A stretch of 61,867 nt of DNA from a virus, in the IMG/VR virus record IMGVR_UViG_3300045988_069456, one strand, 5' to 3'. Below are positions 19,658 to 31,144 of the stretch, piece after piece. Within the stretch, counting starts at the first letter, position 1; each line of letters begins with the position of its first letter. Below the pieces are notes generated by a model that was given only the letters and a program-made list of their open reading frames with translations, was not told where the DNA came from and did not search any database. The position numbers were made by a program, and so were the translations under genes.

Positions 19658-20119
19658 ATGAGTATTATTAACACACAGGCGGTTGCTAACGCCAAGAAAG
19701 TGCTGACCGGAAAAAACGGCGCACTGTACAATGCCAAGGGCAAACTGCTGGCCACTATGGAAACATACCAGGCACAGGTAAATGTAACAAATACCAAGTT
19801 CCAGCCGCTGGGCGACCCACAGGAACATGAGATCTTTACCAGCTATGGCCAGACACTTACCTTTACCGAAATCGTGGTAGAGGATGGGGAGTTTATTACA
19901 GATCTGCTGGCAGGCATGAAGTCCGGAGAAATGCCGTCCTGGAACTTCCAGGGTGTTATTAAGGGCCGCAACGGTTCTGAGGAAAGACTGGTATACAACG
20001 ATTGTGTACCGTCAGGAAACATTGACCTGCAGAACGTAACAGTGGGCGACCTGATTAAGAGACAGTGGAGTCTGTTCGTAAACGGCGCAGTAAACCAGCA
20101 GGGCAAGCTGAGAGCCTAA
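19658..20119 (+). CDS. tail tube protein (XkdM-like)
   Basis: 153 aa, directly after the sheath gene. Confidence 0.8.
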   Translation: MSIINTQAVANAKKVLTGKNGALYNAKGKLLATMETYQAQVNVTNTKFQPLGDPQEHEIFTSYGQTLTFTEIVVEDGEFITDLLAGMKSGEMPSWNFQGVIKGRNGSEERLVYNDCVPSGNIDLQNVTVGDLIKRQWSLFVNGAVNQQGKLRA

Positions 20120-20205
20120 AGCAATATAACAACATAACTACACAGACAGAGCCGCGGGGAATAGCCTCGCGGCATTTTTAAAATAAACCAGGAGGATTTG
20201 AGAAC

Positions 20206-20721
20206 ATGGCAACTAAGAATGTGAATTTAGAAAATGAGGCAGCTGTTGAAATGACTGAGGACGAGAAGAAAGCAACAGTGAGAAAGTACGAAAATGACAT
20301 CCTGGGCGGACTTATGGCAGCCGCCGCATACAAGACAGACGCAGAGGAAGCAGTACCGATTGAAATTAAGAGAAACGGCGCTGTCGTGCTGTCTTTCCGT
20401 ATCCGCCCTATGGGTGAAGATGAATATTTGAAGTGCAAGAAAGATAACACAAACTACAAGCGCAACAAGCAGCTGGGTACAAGAGTGGCAGAGAGTGTTG
20501 ACGCTGCCAGATACCGCGCACAGCTGATCTATGAGGCAACTGTTGAGGAAGATCGTGACAAGATTTGGGACAACCGTGACGCATGGAAGAACCTGAACGT
20601 GCTGAACGGTATTGACCTGGTTGAGGTGGTCCTGAAATCCGGTGAGAAAGACGAGATCCTGTCCAAACTTGACGAGATTTCCGGATATCAGCCGACTATG
20701 GAGGACGTAGCAAAAAACTAA
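20206..20721 (+). CDS. tail assembly chaperone (XkdN-like), zero-frame product
   Basis: 171 aa, located between the tube and tape-measure genes. It ends at a slippery heptamer. Confidence 0.7.
   Translation: MATKNVNLENEAAVEMTEDEKKATVRKYENDILGGLMAAAAYKTDAEEAVPIEIKRNGAVVLSFRIRPMGEDEYLKCKKDNTNYKRNKQLGTRVAESVDAARYRAQLIYEATVEEDRDKIWDNRDAWKNLNVLNGIDLVEVVLKSGEKDEILSKLDEISGYQPTMEDVAKN
20712..20718 (+). promoter_or_regulatory. -1 programmed ribosomal frameshift slippery site A_AAA_AAC
   Basis: The heptamer is in the X_XXY_YYZ phase and lies immediately before the TAA at 20719-20721. The -1 frame stays open to 20897. Confidence 0.6.
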
Positions 20722-20897
20722 TCGAAGCCGGCGGCAAAACAACGCTTATGCACATTATTTTCCAACGGCATCATATCCCGTTTGACGAGTTTTTGAGCAA
20801 ACCAGACTGGGCGCAGGTGCTCATGCTGGAAAGTATGAAAATACAGCTGATAGCTGAGCAGAAAGCAAGAGACGGCACTGAGGAGGGCGGTGAGTAA
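20718..20897 (+). CDS. -1 frame extension of the tail assembly chaperone (about 59 extra aa; fusion product 20206..20897)
   Basis: Hand translation of the -1 frame gives LIEAGGKTTLMHIIFQRHHIPFDEFLSKPDWAQVLMLESMKIQLIAEQKARDGTEEGGE and then a stop. The internal ATG at 20748 has no SD. Confidence 0.55.
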   Translation, partial: LIEAGGKTTLMHIIFQRHHIPFDEFLSKPDWAQVLMLESMKIQLIAEQKARDGTEEGGE

Positions 20898-20899
20898 AA

Positions 20900-23800
20900 G
20901 TGGCCGAAACATTAACTATTGAAATCCCGATAGAAGCGGTTGACCGCACCGGTGCTGGTGTGCAGTCGGCCACCAAAAACCTGACGGCGTTTGAACGTGC
21001 GTGGGACCGCACACAGCGCCGCCTTGATCGGTTGGAAAGAGCACACAATATTGATATCGAGTTAGACGACAACGCAAGCCAGGGACTGAGCCGTGTATCT
21101 GACCAAGCGGAATCCCTGGACGGTGTAAGCCCAAGCGTTGACGTAGGCGTGAACAATGCAGCCACAGGAACCCTGAGCGACGTAGCAGACCAGGCAGCAA
21201 CCCTGGACGGCACTGCCTCGGACGTTGAAGTGGGAGCAGACAATAACGCAACCGGAATTATTGACGACGTGGGCGACTCACTGACCGCCCTGAATGGCAA
21301 TGAGGCGGTTGTGGGGTTAAGCGCGGATGATAGCGCCACCATGGAGATAAGGGACGCGGGCGACGCGCTGGCGTCCCTGGATGGGGATGTGGCAACCGTA
21401 GAGCTAACAGCAGACGACAACGCCACCCAGGCAATACGAGCAGCAGAGGACGCCACGGAAATGCTGGACGGCATGAGCGCCACAGCGGAGCTGGGGGCGG
21501 ATGATAACGCCACCCCGATCGTAAGAGCAGCGGAGGACGCTGTTGAGAATTTTTCTGGAAGTTCCGGATCCGCGCAGCTGGGAGCAGACGACAACGCAAG
21601 CCCGGTTATTGATAGCGTGCGGGATAAAGCGGCGGCCTGGGACGGTAGCGTCTGGACGGCAACAGTGAGCGTTGTGGATGCAGCCACAGCACCTCTGACG
21701 GCAATAATAAACGCTGCAAAGAACCCGCTGACACAGGCGGGCGCGGCACTGGGTATCAGTGTAGGCCTGGGAGACACGGTAAACACCTACAAGTCTTTTG
21801 AAAGCATGATGAGCCAGGTCCAGGCGATTTCCGGTGCAACCGGGCAGGCGTTTGAGAATCTGACAGCAAAGGCCCAGGAGATGGGTGCAACAACCAAGTT
21901 CACGGCCACGGAATCTGCCGAGGCTATGAACTACATGGCAATGGCTGGATGGCAGCCGCAGCAGATGATTGACGGTATATCCGGAATCATGAGTTTGGCA
22001 GCAGCTTCCGGGGAAGATTTGGCAAGCACTTCGGATATTGTAACGGATGCATTGACAGCTTTTGGGCTGAAAGCAAAAGACTCTGGACATTTTTCAGATG
22101 TATTAGCAAAAGCCAGTGCAAGTGCAAATACAAACGTTGGTATGCTGGGAGAATCTTTCAAATATGTGGCACCGGTAGCAGGCGCTATGAAATACAGCGT
22201 TGAGGACACTTCCCTGGCACTGGGACTTATGGCAAATAGTTCGATTAAGGGCAGTATGGCGGGTACCGCTTTAAAGACTTCCCTGGCGAACATGGCAGCA
22301 CCTACTGACAGCATGGCAACAGCTATGGAGAAGTACGGAATCAGCTTGACTGACAGCTCCGGAAACATGAAAACGCTGAAAGGCGTCATGGACAACTTGC
22401 GCGGCAGCCTGGGAGGACTTTCTGAGACTGAACAGACAGCGGCGGCTAGTACAATTTTCGGAAAAGAAGCTATGGCCGGCATGTTGGCGATCATCAACGC
22501 CAGTGAAGAGGATTACAACAAGCTGAGTGAAGCAATTTACAATGCCGACGGAGCAGCACAGGACATGGCAGACACTATGTTGGATAACCTAGAGGGTTCC
22601 ATGACCCTTATGCAGAGCGCCGTGGAGGGCGTACAGAACAGTTTCGGTCAGAGGCTGACACCGTACATCCGTGGCGTGGTTGACGCGATTACAGACGCAA
22701 CACCGGCAGCAACAGCGGCACTTACAAACTTGATGGACTTTGTTGACGGCAAGGCCGAGGGAATCAAGAGAACCGTGAGCGGCATGACCAACTCCCAGGA
22801 ATGGCAGAACGCAGACCTGTTTGGAAAGGTTGATATTGCATGGGACACACTGATCGCAGAGCCATTTACAAAATGGGCCGGCAGCAAGGGTAAACATCTG
22901 TTATCAAAGGGTCTGAGCAGCCTGTTTGGAGAAGCTGCAAAGATTATGCCGGGCGGCGAGCAGGCTGGTCTGACTTCATGGCTGAGCGCTGGATTGATTG
23001 CCAAGGGAGCAACATCCCTGATCGGCGGAGCAGGCAGTATAGTGAAAGCCTTGTCCCCTATTGGCGGAGCCATTAAAAACATAGGACTGGCAGCACAGAC
23101 AGCTCCGACGGTTGGCGCTTTTGTGAGCGATCTGGGATCCATGATTCCTATGGCCGGAAAGGTTGGCATTGCAGCAGCGGCAATTACAGCGGCCGTGGTT
23201 GCTATCGGCGTGGCTATAGATAACTACAATGAGAAACAGATCAGCAACAGCCTGGCGGACCATTTTGGCAGTATTGAGCTGAGCGCGAAGCAGGCAGAGG
23301 AAGCAGCTTCCGGAATCTTAAATGCAAAGTACCTGGTAAATGTTGAGATGGCGATCAATGAATTTAAGAACGCCGATCAGCTGAGGGCAAAGGCGGAGGA
23401 AGCGCTGCAAGCAAACCAGGCACTGACCTGGAAGAGCAGCGTCGGCATTGAGCTGACGGCTGATGAACAGCAGTCCTATAAGGACAATATAACAACTTTT
23501 GTAGAAAGCAAAATTTCTGAGCTTGAAAGCCGGACATTTGCGGCACACATAAGCGTGCAGACGTTCCTGGGAGGTACTGAGGAGGGCGAAAGCCTGGCAA
23601 GCAGTATTGAGGAATGGGCGCGAGCAGACCACCTGGAACTGACCAATCTATCCAATGACCTGAAAACAGCCGTGGAAGAGGCGCTGCAGGACGGCATCAT
23701 TGATGTTGACGAAGCGCAGGCAGTGGCAGCTTTACAGGATAAAATGAATAGTATAACCAGCAAATGGAAACAGGCAGAAGCACAGGCGCAGCTTGACTGG

Positions 23801-26155
23801 ATCAACCAGGAATACGGCAGCCTGAGCGGTAAAGACCTGACTGCAGACTCCTTTACTTCCGTAGTGGAGGCTCTGGCAGGACAGAGAGAAACCGCAGCCG
23901 AGGAAACACAGGCGTTGGCAACAGAGTTTTACTCCTACTTAAATGCCGCGGAGGCTTCCGGGCGAATTACAAAGCGGCAGAATGAACATTACAAAGACCT
24001 GGCCAGCCAGGCAATTAGAAACCAAAAGGCTAACGATCTCATGACCAGCCTGGACTTTGAAAACAATACCCTGGGAGGTACTTATGGAGATTTAATCTCC
24101 ACAAACCAGGGAAAGACACAGAAAAGCATGGGAAATGAGGTTGATTATTTAAAGAACTACCTGAAAAACAATGATATTCAGAGCCTTTACGATCATCTGA
24201 ACACGTTCGGCGTAGATTATGCGCAGCAGGGCGGCGGCTGGAAATGGCTGCAGAGCGGCGACCAGAACGCACTTGAAAAGGTGTGGGAAGCCATGAAACC
24301 AGATGCAGACTCCATGCGCGGCCTGGTGGACGAATATGTAAAGGTCGGCCAGGACGTGCCAAAGCAGATCATGGACAAGTTCAACGAGACTATGGCCATC
24401 GGTGCTGCTTCCGGCGATACAAGCGCAGCCTGGGACGTATACGCCAAGAGCATTGCAGATTCCGGGGACAAAGCCCTGATTGATGCAGTAAGCCAGATGG
24501 ATGCAAACGGACAGCTGGGTGAGGAATTTTCCGCAGCCTGGAAGCGTGCAACAGCTTCTGTTACAGACGAACCGGTGGAACTGGGAGATCTGAAAGCGGA
24601 AGTTGACGGCGTGGACATTGACAAAGACGCATGGGTTTCCAGTTTAAACGAAAAACTGGGCGACCTGGCCGAAACCGAGGACGTGACCGCAGAGGGCGCA
24701 ACCATTAAGGTAAAGGCCGGGGATTGTTTATGGGAGATCGGCAACGCCCTGGGAATAGACTGGCAGACAATAGCCGAAGAAAACGGCATTGAAAGACCGT
24801 ATATTATTCATGCAGGCGACGAGCTGAAAATTTCCATGGATAACCTGACAGCAGAGGTTGACGGAGACGCAGCAACAGCGGCCATTGACCAGGCCATGTC
24901 CGCACTGACCGCAGAGGGTGCAGAGTTTTCTGTTACTGCTGACGGCGTAAAGGTGGACCTGGCAAACGTTGAGGTTGATTCTGAGACAGCCATGGCACAG
25001 ATAGAGGCGGCCCTGGGAATGGAAACAGGAACCCTGAGCGGTGCCGGCATACAAGTACAGTCCGGGGCAACGGTAACTATACCGTCCGATCTGGTACAGG
25101 TAGACACAAGTGGTATTGAGGCAGCAGTGGAGCAGAGCACAGCAAGCGGAAGCGAGGACACGACTGTTGAGAAGCAGGTAAACGTGACCACGACAGCCGG
25201 ATCCACGGACACAACACCAGTGGAAGAGGCAGCGCAGGCAGCTCTGAGCAGTGAAACAAACACCACAGACACCACAATGACCACCAATTTAACCGTAGAA
25301 GCAGGCAGCACGGATGCAACACCGGCAGCCACATCTGCACAGGCGGAACTTGATAATACATTTTCCAACACTATGCAGACCAATGGCAGCACGGATGTGA
25401 CAATCGAAAAAGCCAGCGACAATATAGCAGCAGTTTACAACCAAGTAGGTAGTGAGCTGCAAGCAGCTTTTAACTCCCCTTATTTTGCAAAGGCTTCTGT
25501 AAATGTAACAGTTGATTACCACATCACGAACCCAAGCGCTTCGCTGAGCACGCACAGCAGCGGATCAACAGTTTCTGTATCCATTGCCGGACATGCAAAC
25601 GGTGGAGAGGTTGGCCTGCATGGCGCAGAATTATCCTGGTTAGGAGAAGAGGGCAAAGAGTATGTTATCCCGACAGTACCGGGCAGACGTGGCCGCGGCA
25701 TTGCGTTGTGGCAGCAGGCAGGCGAGGACCTGGGCGTGCTGGACAGCAATGGAGAAATTGCAGCCCACGCAAACGGCGGAATCGTAGGGCCTGGCGGCGA
25801 AGAACTGGCCAGCAATACCATTTTGCCATTGCAGGCACAGCCACAGGACGAAAGCAAGAGCGTGTGGAGTGTAACCGGCCAGGAAATGTCGGGGGATAGT
25901 AGCGAAGAGGAATCCGAGGGCAAGAAAGCCGTTTCTGTCAATGCAGCAGTGCAGGGACAGCAGGGCAACAACAACTTTGAGATTAACGTGGACATGAGTC
26001 CAGTTATTAAGATCGAGGGCGGAAACATGGACGAGGAAAAGGTCTTTGAAGTTATGAAAAACCGGATCCGCGAAATGGCAGACGACCTGGGAGACGAGAT
26101 CGCAGAGCGCATGAGCAAAATTTTTGCAAACATGCCGCTTATACAGGAGGCATAG
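20900..26155 (+). CDS. tape measure protein with an internal LysM domain
   Basis: 1751 aa with a GTG start. It has a TMP-type core ([19 protein letters not shown]). A LysM motif [42 protein letters not shown] lies near 24.7 kb. Confidence 0.9.
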   Translation: MAETLTIEIPIEAVDRTGAGVQSATKNLTAFERAWDRTQRRLDRLERAHNIDIELDDNASQGLSRVSDQAESLDGVSPSVDVGVNNAATGTLSDVADQAATLDGTASDVEVGADNNATGIIDDVGDSLTALNGNEAVVGLSADDSATMEIRDAGDALASLDGDVATVELTADDNATQAIRAAEDATEMLDGMSATAELGADDNATPIVRAAEDAVENFSGSSGSAQLGADDNASPVIDSVRDKAAAWDGSVWTATVSVVDAATAPLTAIINAAKNPLTQAGAALGISVGLGDTVNTYKSFESMMSQVQAISGATGQAFENLTAKAQEMGATTKFTATESAEAMNYMAMAGWQPQQMIDGISGIMSLAAASGEDLASTSDIVTDALTAFGLKAKDSGHFSDVLAKASASANTNVGMLGESFKYVAPVAGAMKYSVEDTSLALGLMANSSIKGSMAGTALKTSLANMAAPTDSMATAMEKYGISLTDSSGNMKTLKGVMDNLRGSLGGLSETEQTAAASTIFGKEAMAGMLAIINASEEDYNKLSEAIYNADGAAQDMADTMLDNLEGSMTLMQSAVEGVQNSFGQRLTPYIRGVVDAITDATPAATAALTNLMDFVDGKAEGIKRTVSGMTNSQEWQNADLFGKVDIAWDTLIAEPFTKWAGSKGKHLLSKGLSSLFGEAAKIMPGGEQAGLTSWLSAGLIAKGATSLIGGAGSIVKALSPIGGAIKNIGLAAQTAPTVGAFVSDLGSMIPMAGKVGIAAAAITAAVVAIGVAIDNYNEKQISNSLADHFGSIELSAKQAEEAASGILNAKYLVNVEMAINEFKNADQLRAKAEEALQANQALTWKSSVGIELTADEQQSYKDNITTFVESKISELESRTFAAHISVQTFLGGTEEGESLASSIEEWARADHLELTNLSNDLKTAVEEALQDGIIDVDEAQAVAALQDKMNSITSKWKQAEAQAQLDWINQEYGSLSGKDLTADSFTSVVEALAGQRETAAEETQALATEFYSYLNAAEASGRITKRQNEHYKDLASQAIRNQKANDLMTSLDFENNTLGGTYGDLISTNQGKTQKSMGNEVDYLKNYLKNNDIQSLYDHLNTFGVDYAQQGGGWKWLQSGDQNALEKVWEAMKPDADSMRGLVDEYVKVGQDVPKQIMDKFNETMAIGAASGDTSAAWDVYAKSIADSGDKALIDAVSQMDANGQLGEEFSAAWKRATASVTDEPVELGDLKAEVDGVDIDKDAWVSSLNEKLGDLAETEDVTAEGATIKVKAGDCLWEIGNALGIDWQTIAEENGIERPYIIHAGDELKISMDNLTAEVDGDAATAAIDQAMSALTAEGAEFSVTADGVKVDLANVEVDSETAMAQIEAALGMETGTLSGAGIQVQSGATVTIPSDLVQVDTSGIEAAVEQSTASGSEDTTVEKQVNVTTTAGSTDTTPVEEAAQAALSSETNTTDTTMTTNLTVEAGSTDATPAATSAQAELDNTFSNTMQTNGSTDVTIEKASDNIAAVYNQVGSELQAAFNSPYFAKASVNVTVDYHITNPSASLSTHSSGSTVSVSIAGHANGGEVGLHGAELSWLGEEGKEYVIPTVPGRRGRGIALWQQAGEDLGVLDSNGEIAAHANGGIVGPGGEELASNTILPLQAQPQDESKSVWSVTGQEMSGDSSEEESEGKKAVSVNAAVQGQQGNNNFEINVDMSPVIKIEGGNMDEEKVFEVMKNRIREMADDLGDEIAERMSKIFANMPLIQEA
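21056..21664 (+). repeat. seven tandem 29-aa (87-nt) coding repeats in the tape-measure N-terminus
   Basis: Residues 53-255 form units such as [29 protein letters not shown] and [29 protein letters not shown], counted by hand. Confidence 0.7.
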
Positions 26156-26159
26156 GGAC

Positions 26160-26807
26160 ATGGATATTTACCTGACACCATCCGGCGGCAGCAGAATACA
26201 GTTCCCTATGCTGCCGGAAGCTATAACAATGGGCGCTGACGCAAAATTTATGACGTACAGCATTATTTCACTGGGGGACGTAAAACTCCCCCGTGGACAA
26301 GGAACAAAAGAAATTTCATGGTCCGGGATGTTTCCGGGGTCAGTGCGGAAGAAAAACAGACTGGTAAGAAAGTATACCAAACCCGACACACTGATCAAAA
26401 GCCTGGAAAAGTATCGGGACAATGGCACAAAATGTACTTTGCTATGCACTGGCACCTGCATAAACTATTCTGTTTATGTTTCCAGTTTTAAAGGCAAGTA
26501 CAAAGGTGGATCCGGAGATTATTTCTATGACATAAAATTTATTATTGCCAGAGATATAAAGATTTACACCACCAATGAGCTGAAAATAAAAACGCCAACC
26601 AGACCGTCGCCTAAAAAGAAGCAGCCCAAAACAGGCAAAAAGACGACCACCTACACGGTAAAATCCGGGGATTGTTTATGGAGGATTGCACAGCGTCTGC
26701 TGGGTAAAGGCTCCAGATACACGGAAATTTACAACCTGAACAGGGACAAGATAAAGAATCCGAACCTGATATACCCAGGCCAAAAGCTGACCATACCGGC
26801 CAAGTAA
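26160..26807 (+). CDS. XkdP-like tail protein with a C-terminal LysM domain
   Basis: ATG 26160 lies 9 nt after CAGGAGG. LysM motif: [49 protein letters not shown]. Confidence 0.7.
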   Translation: MDIYLTPSGGSRIQFPMLPEAITMGADAKFMTYSIISLGDVKLPRGQGTKEISWSGMFPGSVRKKNRLVRKYTKPDTLIKSLEKYRDNGTKCTLLCTGTCINYSVYVSSFKGKYKGGSGDYFYDIKFIIARDIKIYTTNELKIKTPTRPSPKKKQPKTGKKTTTYTVKSGDCLWRIAQRLLGKGSRYTEIYNLNRDKIKNPNLIYPGQKLTIPAK

Positions 26808-26822
26808 GGGAGGTGCAGCTGA

Positions 26823-28067
26823 GTGATTGAAGTAAGCAAAGTGCACTATGACGTGATTGCAATCACAGAAAAGAAAGTGCAGCTAAACATTACCCAGGCG
26901 GTCGAGGGCCTGGGATGGGAGGAAGAAGAGGACGAGCTGGCCATGAAAATAACCTTTGAGCTATACAATGCCAAGTATAACGGTTCCAGGCTGTCCTCTT
27001 TGATAAAGATCGGATGCGTGGTGGCAATAAAAGCGTACTGGGGCAGCGGCAAAGGCATTGTGGCCATGGGAAATGTAACAGAGTGTGAGCGCAGCACAAC
27101 GAAAGCCGACGAGGTTTTTAATGTGGTTGCTTATGACAACCTGTACAGTATGCAGCGTTCCCAGGACAATATTTATTTTGCTGCCGGAAAGGGCACCAAG
27201 AGCGCCCTGACGGAAGTTTTCAAAAACTGGGGCATTACCCTGAGCAGCTACAGCGGTCCGGATGTGAGTCACGCAAAGATTTTGTACAAAAACTCATACC
27301 TGGGCGACGTAGTGCGCGGAATCCTGGACGAAGCTAAGAAAAAAGGCGGAGGCAAGGCGATTGTACGGAGTACGCAGAACAAAGTTTCTATTGTGGCCGT
27401 AGGTGGCAACAAAGATATTTATCACTTTGAGGGTAACAACAGCGTGTCCAGTAAGCACAAAGTAAGCATTGCAAACCTTGTTACCCGCGTGAAGATTGTA
27501 TCTTCTGAAAAAACGGACGGATTGCCAAAGGTTGAGGCAGTCAAGAACGGAAAAACAGAATATGGAATTTTCCAAAGGATTGTGAACCACGCCAGCAGCG
27601 ACAACCTATCAGAGGCGCAGGAGACAGCACAGGAAATGCTGGACGAAAACGGAAAACCGAAAGAGACGGCAACCGTGCAGGCGCCTGATACCCCACCGGT
27701 GCGCAAGGGCGACATGGTACACCTGGCTGTCGGCGCGCTGAATGGCTTTTACATTGTCAAGAGCGTGCAGCATGACGCAGACAGTGGAAAAATGACTATG
27801 CAGGTAGAAAAAGCAGATACAACAGCCAAGAAGAAAACAACAAAGGCGAAGAAAAAGACCTATAAAGTGGGCGACGTTGTAAACTTCCACGGCGGCAAGC
27901 ATTATATTAGCTCTTATCCAGGCGCAAAAGGTTACAACGTATCAGCCGGCCGTGCGAAGATTACAATCGCAAACGGCAGCGGAAAAGCGCACCCGTGGCA
28001 CCTGGTTTATGAGAACTGGTCCGAAACGCATGTTTATGGCTGGGTGGATGATGGCAGCTTTGATTGA
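26823..28067 (+). CDS. XkdQ / late-control-D-like baseplate hub protein
   Basis: GTG start after GGGAGGTG. 414 aa. Assigned from its position in the PBSX-like order. Confidence 0.6.
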   Translation: MIEVSKVHYDVIAITEKKVQLNITQAVEGLGWEEEEDELAMKITFELYNAKYNGSRLSSLIKIGCVVAIKAYWGSGKGIVAMGNVTECERSTTKADEVFNVVAYDNLYSMQRSQDNIYFAAGKGTKSALTEVFKNWGITLSSYSGPDVSHAKILYKNSYLGDVVRGILDEAKKKGGGKAIVRSTQNKVSIVAVGGNKDIYHFEGNNSVSSKHKVSIANLVTRVKIVSSEKTDGLPKVEAVKNGKTEYGIFQRIVNHASSDNLSEAQETAQEMLDENGKPKETATVQAPDTPPVRKGDMVHLAVGALNGFYIVKSVQHDADSGKMTMQVEKADTTAKKKTTKAKKKTYKVGDVVNFHGGKHYISSYPGAKGYNVSAGRAKITIANGSGKAHPWHLVYENWSETHVYGWVDDGSFD

Positions 28068-28079
28068 TAGGAGGCAGAT

Positions 28080-28436
28080 ATGGCAGAAAACAAAGGCAGC
28101 CCAGGTCTGAGCAAACTGGCCCGCGTGATATCCCAGCGGGCAGAGAACGTGGCCGGAAAGGCAGAGCGTGATCTAGTGCTGGATTTCGGCAGCATTAAAG
28201 GAGACATGAGCCTTTTAACAAACACTTTCCCCATACCGATACCGCGCAGTGATTATCATGTGTGCAGGCTCGTGGGAGGCCTGGCGTACACGATTTCCGG
28301 AGGCACCCATGGAGGACATGAGGGAGGCAACGGAAGTCATACGCATACGGCCAAGCCACCACAGATCAAGCCAGGGGACCGCGTTCTGGTTGCCTGGGTG
28401 CAAAACGAGGCGGTTGTTATTGATGTGGTAAGTTAG
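28080..28436 (+). CDS. XkdR-like (DUF2577) baseplate spike-type protein
   Basis: 118 aa with a TAGGAGG SD. Assigned by position. Confidence 0.5.
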   Translation: MAENKGSPGLSKLARVISQRAENVAGKAERDLVLDFGSIKGDMSLLTNTFPIPIPRSDYHVCRLVGGLAYTISGGTHGGHEGGNGSHTHTAKPPQIKPGDRVLVAWVQNEAVVIDVVS

Positions 28437-28445
28437 GAGGCAAAT

Positions 28446-28889
28446 ATGGCAGAAAATCAGCTTTTTCCGGTGTTTGACTTGCCTGAGATACCAGACAACC
28501 CGGAATATGATGAAAGATATTACCCGTCCGTTTATTTTGATTTTGAAACGGGCGATTTTTTACGGGATGGAGCAGGCAGGATGATCACCAGCGCAGGCAG
28601 GGAGGCATATATGCAGTGGTGCCTGAAAGTTGCCAGCACGGAGCGGCTGAGCTGCCTGGCATATAGTGACGACATAGGCACGGAGTTTGATGAACTGGCC
28701 GAGATACCGGACAGGGAATCCCGTGAAAGCGAAATTGAAAGGACGATCACAGAGGCGCTGCTGGTGCATCCAGCAACCGAGTACGTCCGAGACTTTGAGT
28801 TTACCCATGAGGGAGACGAAACATACTGCAGTTTTACAGTAAAAGGGTACCCGTGGGAGGAAGATGAAACACTGAGCATACAGCTGTAA
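28446..28889 (+). CDS. XkdS-like (DUF2634, gpW-like) baseplate protein
   Basis: 147 aa with a TTAGGAGG SD. Assigned by position. Confidence 0.5.
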   Translation: MAENQLFPVFDLPEIPDNPEYDERYYPSVYFDFETGDFLRDGAGRMITSAGREAYMQWCLKVASTERLSCLAYSDDIGTEFDELAEIPDRESRESEIERTITEALLVHPATEYVRDFEFTHEGDETYCSFTVKGYPWEEDETLSIQL

Positions 28890-28902
28890 GGAGGTGAGAG
28901 AG

Positions 28903-30030
28903 TTGGCAAGTGATTTTATTGTACCTGAATTTTTGGAGGATTGTGACGCGGACACGATCCACGCAAGAATGATGGACGAGCTTCCGAATGACATTGACAA
29001 GACTGAGGGCGGCTTCCCGTGGGATTTTACAAGGCCCACAGCACTGATCGCAGCAGAGCTATTGCAGTTTTATATTCCGGAGGCAATAAAACTGATGTTC
29101 CCACAGTGGAGCAGTGGCAGCTTTTTGGACTACCTGGCAGCTGGGTCACAGACAAAGAGAAAAGCGTCCACTTATGCAGAAGCGGTGCTGACACTGACAG
29201 GCGAACCGGGCACCATAGTACCGGGCGGCACTGTTTTTGCGACAGAAGCCAAGAACGATCAGCCGTCCATTGAATTTGCGGCAGTTGAAAGCTGCATATT
29301 GAACGAAGAGGGAAAAGGTACCGTGCTGGTGCGTGCGTTGCTTGACGGAAAGCAGTCAAACGTAAATGCCGGCGCTATTGTTTTAATGTCGGAACCAGTT
29401 GAGGGAATCCAGACGGTTACGAACAAAGAAAAAGCCACCGGAGGAACCGAGGAAGAAAGTGACGACGATTTAAGAGAAAGAATCCTGGAAGCAGACGCCT
29501 CGGAGGAAACCAGTTATATAGGCAACAATGCCGATTATAAACGGTGGGCTAAGGCAGTAGACGGAATCGGGGACGCGATTGTTATCCCGGAATGGAACGG
29601 GCCGGAAACAGTAAAAATTGTATGCCTTGACCAGAACGGCGAGGGTGCGAACAAGACCCTGCTGGATGCAGTTTACAATTATATTATGGCTCCAGACAAC
29701 CCCGCAGACCGACTGGCGCCGCCAAACACAATCCTGACGGTAGCAGCGCCGGATCTGGTAAACATATCGTATTCCTTTACGGTTACGGTAGCAGATGGTT
29801 TTGAACTGAGCACCGTTATATCCGGATTTAAAAAGCAGCTGGAAAGCTATTATAAAACCGTGGCGGATGATGGAGCAGTGAAGTACATAAAAGTGCACGC
29901 GCTGCTGACTGGAACGCCAGGCGTCGAGGACTTTACAGACCTGCTGATCAATGGCAGCACGGACAATATTCGCATTGAAAATGACGAATATCCGTATACA
30001 GAAAATGTTGAAGCAAAGGGGGCTGAGTGA
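28903..30030 (+). CDS. baseplate J-like protein (XkdT-like)
   Basis: TTG 28903 lies 6 nt after AAGGAGGTG; GTG 28894 is an alternative start. About 375 aa, in the typical position for baseplate J. Confidence 0.75.
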   Translation: MASDFIVPEFLEDCDADTIHARMMDELPNDIDKTEGGFPWDFTRPTALIAAELLQFYIPEAIKLMFPQWSSGSFLDYLAAGSQTKRKASTYAEAVLTLTGEPGTIVPGGTVFATEAKNDQPSIEFAAVESCILNEEGKGTVLVRALLDGKQSNVNAGAIVLMSEPVEGIQTVTNKEKATGGTEEESDDDLRERILEADASEETSYIGNNADYKRWAKAVDGIGDAIVIPEWNGPETVKIVCLDQNGEGANKTLLDAVYNYIMAPDNPADRLAPPNTILTVAAPDLVNISYSFTVTVADGFELSTVISGFKKQLESYYKTVADDGAVKYIKVHALLTGTPGVEDFTDLLINGSTDNIRIENDEYPYTENVEAKGAE

Positions 30031-30806
30031 TGGATCTGGAAAACTTCCCTACAAGGGAAACTGCAAAAGACATGCTGAGCATGATAAGCCCGATCTATGA
30101 CCGCTCCTATGTTGGCAAATGGATTTTCCAGGTCATGGCGGCACCCATAGAACTTGCACGCGAGACAGTGGAAGATATGAAAAACCAGGCATTTCCAGAA
30201 ACAGCAACCTGGTCGCTCCCCTGGTGGGAAGAGCGTTACGGAATCACAGGAAACGAGGGCAAGAGCCTGGAAGAAAGGCGGCGTCCGATTGTGCAGAAGC
30301 GCAACACAAAACGCCCTATGAATCCGTACCGTATTGCAGCCCTGGTTGCAGAAATTTCCGGGCGGGAGGTTGAAATCTATGAAAACGTAGCACCGCACAC
30401 ATACGAAGTCATTATCCGGCCGGGCAGCAGCAACGTTGACCTGGCCGCTGTTGCAGAAGAAATTTATAAGGTTAAGCAGTCCCAGAAGCATGTGAGGATT
30501 GTCTTTGAAACACCTGTTCGCCTGCAAGTGAGGCCCGCGGGTATGAATTTTTCTTTCCGGCATATTATAGCCGGAACCCGGCCAGATGTGAACCGGCCAG
30601 GAGCACTACAGCCTTTAGAGGTTGACGTTGCACCACAAGCAACAGGCCAGGCGTTCACATACCCGACGCCAGGAGAAGAGAAACGGGCAGGAACCTATCC
30701 GGATGTAAGCACAATCGGAGAAATGACCGCCCCAGGAGTAAATGCTCGCATTACCGGAGAATCCGCCGGTATTGTGTATAAAATTTGCGGAGCTACACGG
30801 CTCTAA
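30027..30806 (+). CDS. XkdU-like (DUF2313) tail protein
   Basis: Overlaps the upstream stop. 259 aa. N-terminal motif YDRSYVGKWIFQVMA. Confidence 0.55.
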   Translation: MMDLENFPTRETAKDMLSMISPIYDRSYVGKWIFQVMAAPIELARETVEDMKNQAFPETATWSLPWWEERYGITGNEGKSLEERRRPIVQKRNTKRPMNPYRIAALVAEISGREVEIYENVAPHTYEVIIRPGSSNVDLAAVAEEIYKVKQSQKHVRIVFETPVRLQVRPAGMNFSFRHIIAGTRPDVNRPGALQPLEVDVAPQATGQAFTYPTPGEEKRAGTYPDVSTIGEMTAPGVNARITGESAGIVYKICGATRL

Positions 30807-30820
30807 GAAAGGAGGAGCAC

Positions 30821-31126
30821 ATGCTGACAGCAGACGCCATGAACGGCTTTAAGGACCATGTAAAAAAGACAGTTTCCCACGCCATGTATAAGATTAACAG
30901 CAGCTATTACAGGGCGGAAATTACAGACATTTACGTGGACAGCACGGGCAAGGTGGCTATTGATTTTACAATAGATCCCACCATGAGCGGCACCGTAAAA
31001 ATCGCAGAGGTGCAGCTGTACAACCGCAGCGGCAAGTTGTGGCTGACAAAAACGGAGAACATTACTCGAAAGAGCACGCAAGAGGGTGTGTTTTACCGTT
31101 TTACTATTGAAATTACAGAGGTATAA
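30821..31126 (+). CDS. hypothetical tail-associated protein
   Basis: ATG 30821 follows AAAGGAGGAG. 101 aa. Confidence 0.45.
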   Translation: MLTADAMNGFKDHVKKTVSHAMYKINSSYYRAEITDIYVDSTGKVAIDFTIDPTMSGTVKIAEVQLYNRSGKLWLTKTENITRKSTQEGVFYRFTIEITEV

Positions 31127-31144
31127 GAGAGGAGGCAAAGACCT

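Noticed and set aside
21056-21664. Periodic repeats as a CRISPR array or a non-coding VNTR
   Set aside because: The 87-nt period is in frame inside the tape-measure ORF, the units are degenerate at the DNA level, and there is no repeat/spacer structure.
20821-21786. A 321-aa Ala/Ser-rich ORF on the minus strand
   Set aside because: It is the reverse complement of the tape-measure 29-aa repeat region. It is a shadow ORF.
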